A stretch of DNA of 54,108 nt, filler included, from Bipalium vagum (Eukaryota): NCBI GenBank assembly GCA_037834085.1. It is 3 parts of 3 records of this genome, joined end to end, with 100 filler letters (N's around TTAATTAATTAA, not from the genome) between each part and the next. Parts side by side here need not be neighbours in the genome. Positions count along the whole stretch, not along the records: positions 38,171 to 54,108 come from JBBMKC010136965.1; 2 more parts are not named here. The stretch is one strand, 5' to 3'. The notes under the pieces were generated by a model that saw only the letters and a program-made list of their open reading frames with translations, was not told the DNA's origin and made no database searches. How positions within the stretch are numbered: position 1 is the first letter of the stretch; every line of letters starts with the position of its first letter. The translations under genes and the position numbers were made by a program. Below are positions 50,144-54,108 of the stretch, in pieces.

Positions 50144-51109
50144 ATGACCACCAAGGATTCCAGCTTTACCAAATTTACAGAAATTGCACTTGTAGTGCTG
50201 TTCTATTGGGTAACATCGATTTCAATGACCTTTGGAAACAAATATTTGGTGGGAAATAAATTCAGCAATATTTCAGAGGATATAACCATTTTCGTGACTT
50301 GGGCCCAATGTGCAATAACCATAATAATAGTTCTGATTATTTATGTTCTACAACGGTTTATTTGTAGAATAAAAGACGTAACCTTGCCAGAAATAAAGTC
50401 ATCTATTTTTTCTAACGTTAACATGATTATTTTGATGTTATCCTTTTCCATTATGTTGTTCTTGAACAATTTGACGCTGAAATATGTCGGAATATCCTTT
50501 TTTCAAGTGGCCCGGTCTCTGACATTGGTCTTTACTGTCATTCTCACTCGTCTTTTGCTTCACCAAAGCCAATCGAAACTGACGGTGATGTGTTGCATGG
50601 TTATTATAAGTGGATTTGTTATGGGTATCGATCAGGAAAAGTTAACCGGCAACCTGTCAGTCATCGGTATGGTCTGCGGCGTCATTAGCAGCGCTTTCGT
50701 AGCCCTGACGGGAATCTTCATGAAACGTGTTTTGGATGTGATTGAGAACAGTTACTCTCTAGTGTTCTACATGAATCTAGGTAGTACCGTTCTGTTCTTG
50801 CCACTGCTTCTGATTTTCAACCAGTTCCAGATCATCTACTATTTAAAAATTCACGACAAATGGTTCTTGATCAGCCTGATTGCTACCGGGATCTTGGGAT
50901 TCCTCATCAATCTTGCCAGTAATATGGAAGTCAACTACACCTCCCCCACAACGCACCAAATCAGTAACAATGCCAAATCCGTTCTCCAAACGATTTTGGC
51001 CGTCGTCATCTTCTCGGAAGTCAAACCTCTCTTTTGGTGGTGCTCCAATCTCTTGGTCGTTTTGGGCGCCGTTGCCTACACGATATTCAAATACAGAGAA
51101 AACAAATAG
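50144..51109 (+). CDS. SLC35C1: GDP-fucose transporter 1 (SLC35 nucleotide-sugar transporter), intronless, 321 aa
   Basis: IALVVLFYWVTSISMTFGNKYL, NNLTLKYVGISFFQVARSLT, GFVMGIDQE, TSPTTHQISNNAKSVLQTILAV and FWWCSN match SLC35C1 signature segments; multiple hydrophobic helices; first ATG at 50144 (the track ORF starts at an upstream TTG). Confidence 0.92.
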   Translation: MTTKDSSFTKFTEIALVVLFYWVTSISMTFGNKYLVGNKFSNISEDITIFVTWAQCAITIIIVLIIYVLQRFICRIKDVTLPEIKSSIFSNVNMIILMLSFSIMLFLNNLTLKYVGISFFQVARSLTLVFTVILTRLLLHQSQSKLTVMCCMVIISGFVMGIDQEKLTGNLSVIGMVCGVISSAFVALTGIFMKRVLDVIENSYSLVFYMNLGSTVLFLPLLLIFNQFQIIYYLKIHDKWFLISLIATGILGFLINLASNMEVNYTSPTTHQISNNAKSVLQTILAVVIFSEVKPLFWWCSNLLVVLGAVAYTIFKYRENK

Positions 51110-51499
51110 TGATCCTTTTATCTTTTTCTCAGACTCTGTAGAGGGAAGCGGGTTTAGATTTGATAACATAAATTTTGTCTTTGTAATCATTTAAATTGTG
51201 CTAAAAAATTTTTCAAATTGAAAATTTTATTATTTCTTTGCTTGTTGCATTTAAATGATTAACTTTTTATTGATCAATTAATCATTAAATTAAATTTGAA
51301 AGAGAATTAAAAATTTAGGGTTTGTTCCAGTTTGTATTTAAAAAATCTACTCACTTTGGAATTTGTATCAATGAAGATATTTCATGATTTTTTAATAACA
51401 GATTTCATCATTTTTTATGTGAAAAGGTTCACATATGAAGTTGTGTTATAACTTCCATCATTTCAACTTCTATTTAAAGTAACTCTTTCACTGTCTATT

Positions 51500-52604
51500 G
51501 TCTTATAAGATTGACTTGTTCTAGCCAGAGAGTTCAAATACAGAGAAACCAAAGTCTGTTCTGTTTTCAGGGTCAGGAAGGGTGAAGGTTTGTGTTTGAA
51601 GACCGTGATACATGGTTGTTTTCGAAATTGGTATTGAATATCTTATTTTCTTCAATTGATTATTTATTAAAGTAGATATCAATCCGAAAAAGTTTCACGT
51701 TATTAAATTCAATGTTCTCATGCTCCTTCGTTGTTTGCTTCCTTTGTATTATTTAATTTAATAAATCAATTTTTAAATAATTAATCAATATTAATTTAAT
51801 TATCAATCAGAATTAAAATTTTAGATTTATTTTAAAAATGTTCTCAAGCCTGAGCTTTTGCCAATAGGTTATTTGAAGAAAACTATCTAATGCAAGATTA
51901 ATTAACTCTTCAAACTTATTGGTTTATTGCACTTTTGTTGATATCTTTTCATATTTAAATAAGCATTTTATATAATTTTTACCTAATAATCTGATAAATA
52001 ATTACCTAAATCCATTAATTTATTTAAATTTGTGAACAATTTAGACAAGCTTTCAAGATCAGAAATTCCGATCATTCTGCTAAATGAATTCAAACCTTGT
52101 AGCAACGCTGTGAAAGCGACAAGGTCAGTTTTCTAATTACACAGTGATCACTTATTAGGATTTTGTTGCTTCTACAAGCCGGGATTTTGACATTGAAAAA
52201 AAACATTCTTATTTTCTGTTTGCCGACGTCTCTGGGTCTATAAGAAGTTTGATTTTAACTGGGTTATTGAATTTTAAAGTATGTTCTTAAAAATACTGGA
52301 AATTATATAATTATAAAAAAACTTTATATGTTTCATGTTTCTTTATATTTCTATTATCGATTTCATAATTGTTCTAATGTGAAAAAGTCTATTATATATT
52401 TGTTTGAAATCTTGACATCATCAATATTATTAATCAATAGGAAAGAATCGATTTTGCTTTATGACAAGATAATATCTTTTTCATGTTGATAGGAAGATTT
52501 AAATTTTAAAAATATAATCATATTGGAAATGGTGTCAGAATCTCATTGAAAAATATTTTCTCGTCATATTTTATTGTCAGACCAGTCCAGAAATAAAGTT
52601 CTAA

Positions 52605-52635
<31 letters not shown>

Positions 52636-53330
52636 TCAGTTATAAATAAACTGTTAAGAGGCCTATAGCAAAAGAATACAGAGAATTCCAGCACTCTGGT
52701 TCACAATAAAAGCCTTCCAAAGTTAATTTTTGCACTTCAAAATTTATTGGATCTTCATAATTGTTAAATTCCCACTGGTCACTGATATCATTACAGCTTT
52801 CCTTAAATCAATAAATGAAAAGTTACTTTTGACCAATTTATAGTAATAAAATATTACTTTGACCCCAATTTTGCCAATGTTTATATCACGATTATATATC
52901 TCAGTGACAATTAAAGATATTTAAGAAGTGTCAGCATAAGTCAAGATCTCATTATATAATTAGGATATTATTTAATAATAATAATAATAATATATTAAAA
53001 TATTATTTTATTAATTTTGATGAAAAGATTTCCATCTTCGATTTTTGATATTTTGGGGAGAAGTATGGAAGGATTTCTTTAATAATTCAGAAATAATATT
53101 TTATTTTAATAATATTTTCAATTAATTTTCGTGGAGGATTTTGGTCACGGACAAAGAAATGGTTACTCATATTTGTTGAAACATGGAAAGCATGCGTGTT
53201 TTCGATCGTTTATTCCCTTTCACCAAGAAACAGCAAAACCCGTTTCTTATTTTTTGTTTTGTATAATCCAAATCTTTTTATTATTACTTTCAACACGAGG
53301 GACCGGATGAAAATCGATGCTTAGAAATTA
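51500..53330 (-). CDS. Exons of an unidentified spliced gene convergent with SLC35C1
   Basis: Spliced frames IYNRDINIGKIGVK|ESCNDISDQWEFNNYEDPINFEVQKLTLEGFYCEPECWNSLYSFAIGLLT and ...KSRL|KTDLVAFTALLQGLNSFSRMIG... with short GT-AG introns. Confidence 0.45.
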
Positions 53331-54040
53331 TTTTCCTTTCACTTTATGTGTAATAGACAATGATGATGATGTTTAGTACAATTTATACAAATTGCCTTTA
53401 ATTCTCTGATTAACATAACCGGTGACACCAGGATGTTTTATATCATTTATAATTATTAATTTTTTGTTTAAATAAATAAATAAATATTTTTATAATAAAT
53501 ATGTTTATAAATATTTTGTGTAAATAAATAAATTATTAATATTTTAACTTTCATTAAGTAATTTTACATTATTTTTTGTACATTTAAATTTATGGTTCTT
53601 TATGTTGTGCTTCAAATTTTAATAATATTATTAATATTAAAATTAGTAATAATGATAATGAGGAACAATTTTGGGATACATAAAAGAATCCACAAACGTT
53701 TATTAAAAATAAGAATTCAAATCTGGACATTTTTGTTTGAATTTAACTAAAAATCAATAGATTTAAAATATATGTTTATATTTCATTGGCTTACAACTTT
53801 TTTCTTTCGTTAAAATCAAAGCACAATGTATAGTAAAATAAAATTATCATTAAATTGGCAGAGGTTACCAGAAATGGGTATGGAAAAGGTTATGAACTCA
53901 GATTAAAGGCCTAGAAGATTATTTTTTATTTTTCTGTAAATTAAAACAAATTATTTATTATTAAAATATGAATAGGAAATGTTTTTCTGAATCTAATTGA
54001 CAAATAATCGATATTTAAACTGTAAGAATAAAATAATAAT

Positions 54041-54041
<1 letters not shown>

Positions 54042-54108
<67 letters not shown>
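54042..54108. repeat. (AAT)n microsatellite
   Basis: Pure taa/aat run to the window end; shorter copies at about 4606-4636 and 52606-52633. Confidence 0.95.

Noticed and set aside
50843-51194. Overlapping 115-aa and 104-aa ORFs
   Set aside because: Shadow frames of the GC3-rich 3' half of SLC35C1.
1-54108. CRISPR array, rRNA or prokaryotic operon
   Set aside because: No repeat-spacer array or rRNA sequence was seen; spliced genes and eukaryotic transposons indicate nuclear DNA.

Overview
AT-rich eukaryotic (probably invertebrate animal) draft-scaffold DNA with short spliceosomal introns (46-49 nt where best resolved) and a dense layer of decayed transposons. Well-supported genes: an 8-exon minus-strand CLINT1/epsinR (ENTH) gene at 16493-32439, an intronless GDP-fucose transporter SLC35C1 at 50144-51109, and an intronless PIM-like Ser/Thr kinase at 43134-43940. 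Further exon-like islands (about 2.5-13.4, 41.8-47 and 51.4-53.4 kb) could not be parsed into unique models. Mobile DNA: about a dozen mariner remnants, Tc1-type elements including a DD37E element and a MITE, a pogo/Tigger element, two hAT remnants, a possible solo LTR, and a Polinton/Maverick-like remnant (about 38.2-41.5 kb). The most striking feature is a decayed RLE-type (NeSL/Utopia-like) non-LTR retrotransposon inside a CLINT1 intron. Its ORF begins with a Y-box-type cold-shock domain rather than the usual zinc-finger/Myb module, an architecture I do not know to be described. All homology calls come from motif recognition by eye, not database searches. Transposon boundaries are approximate.
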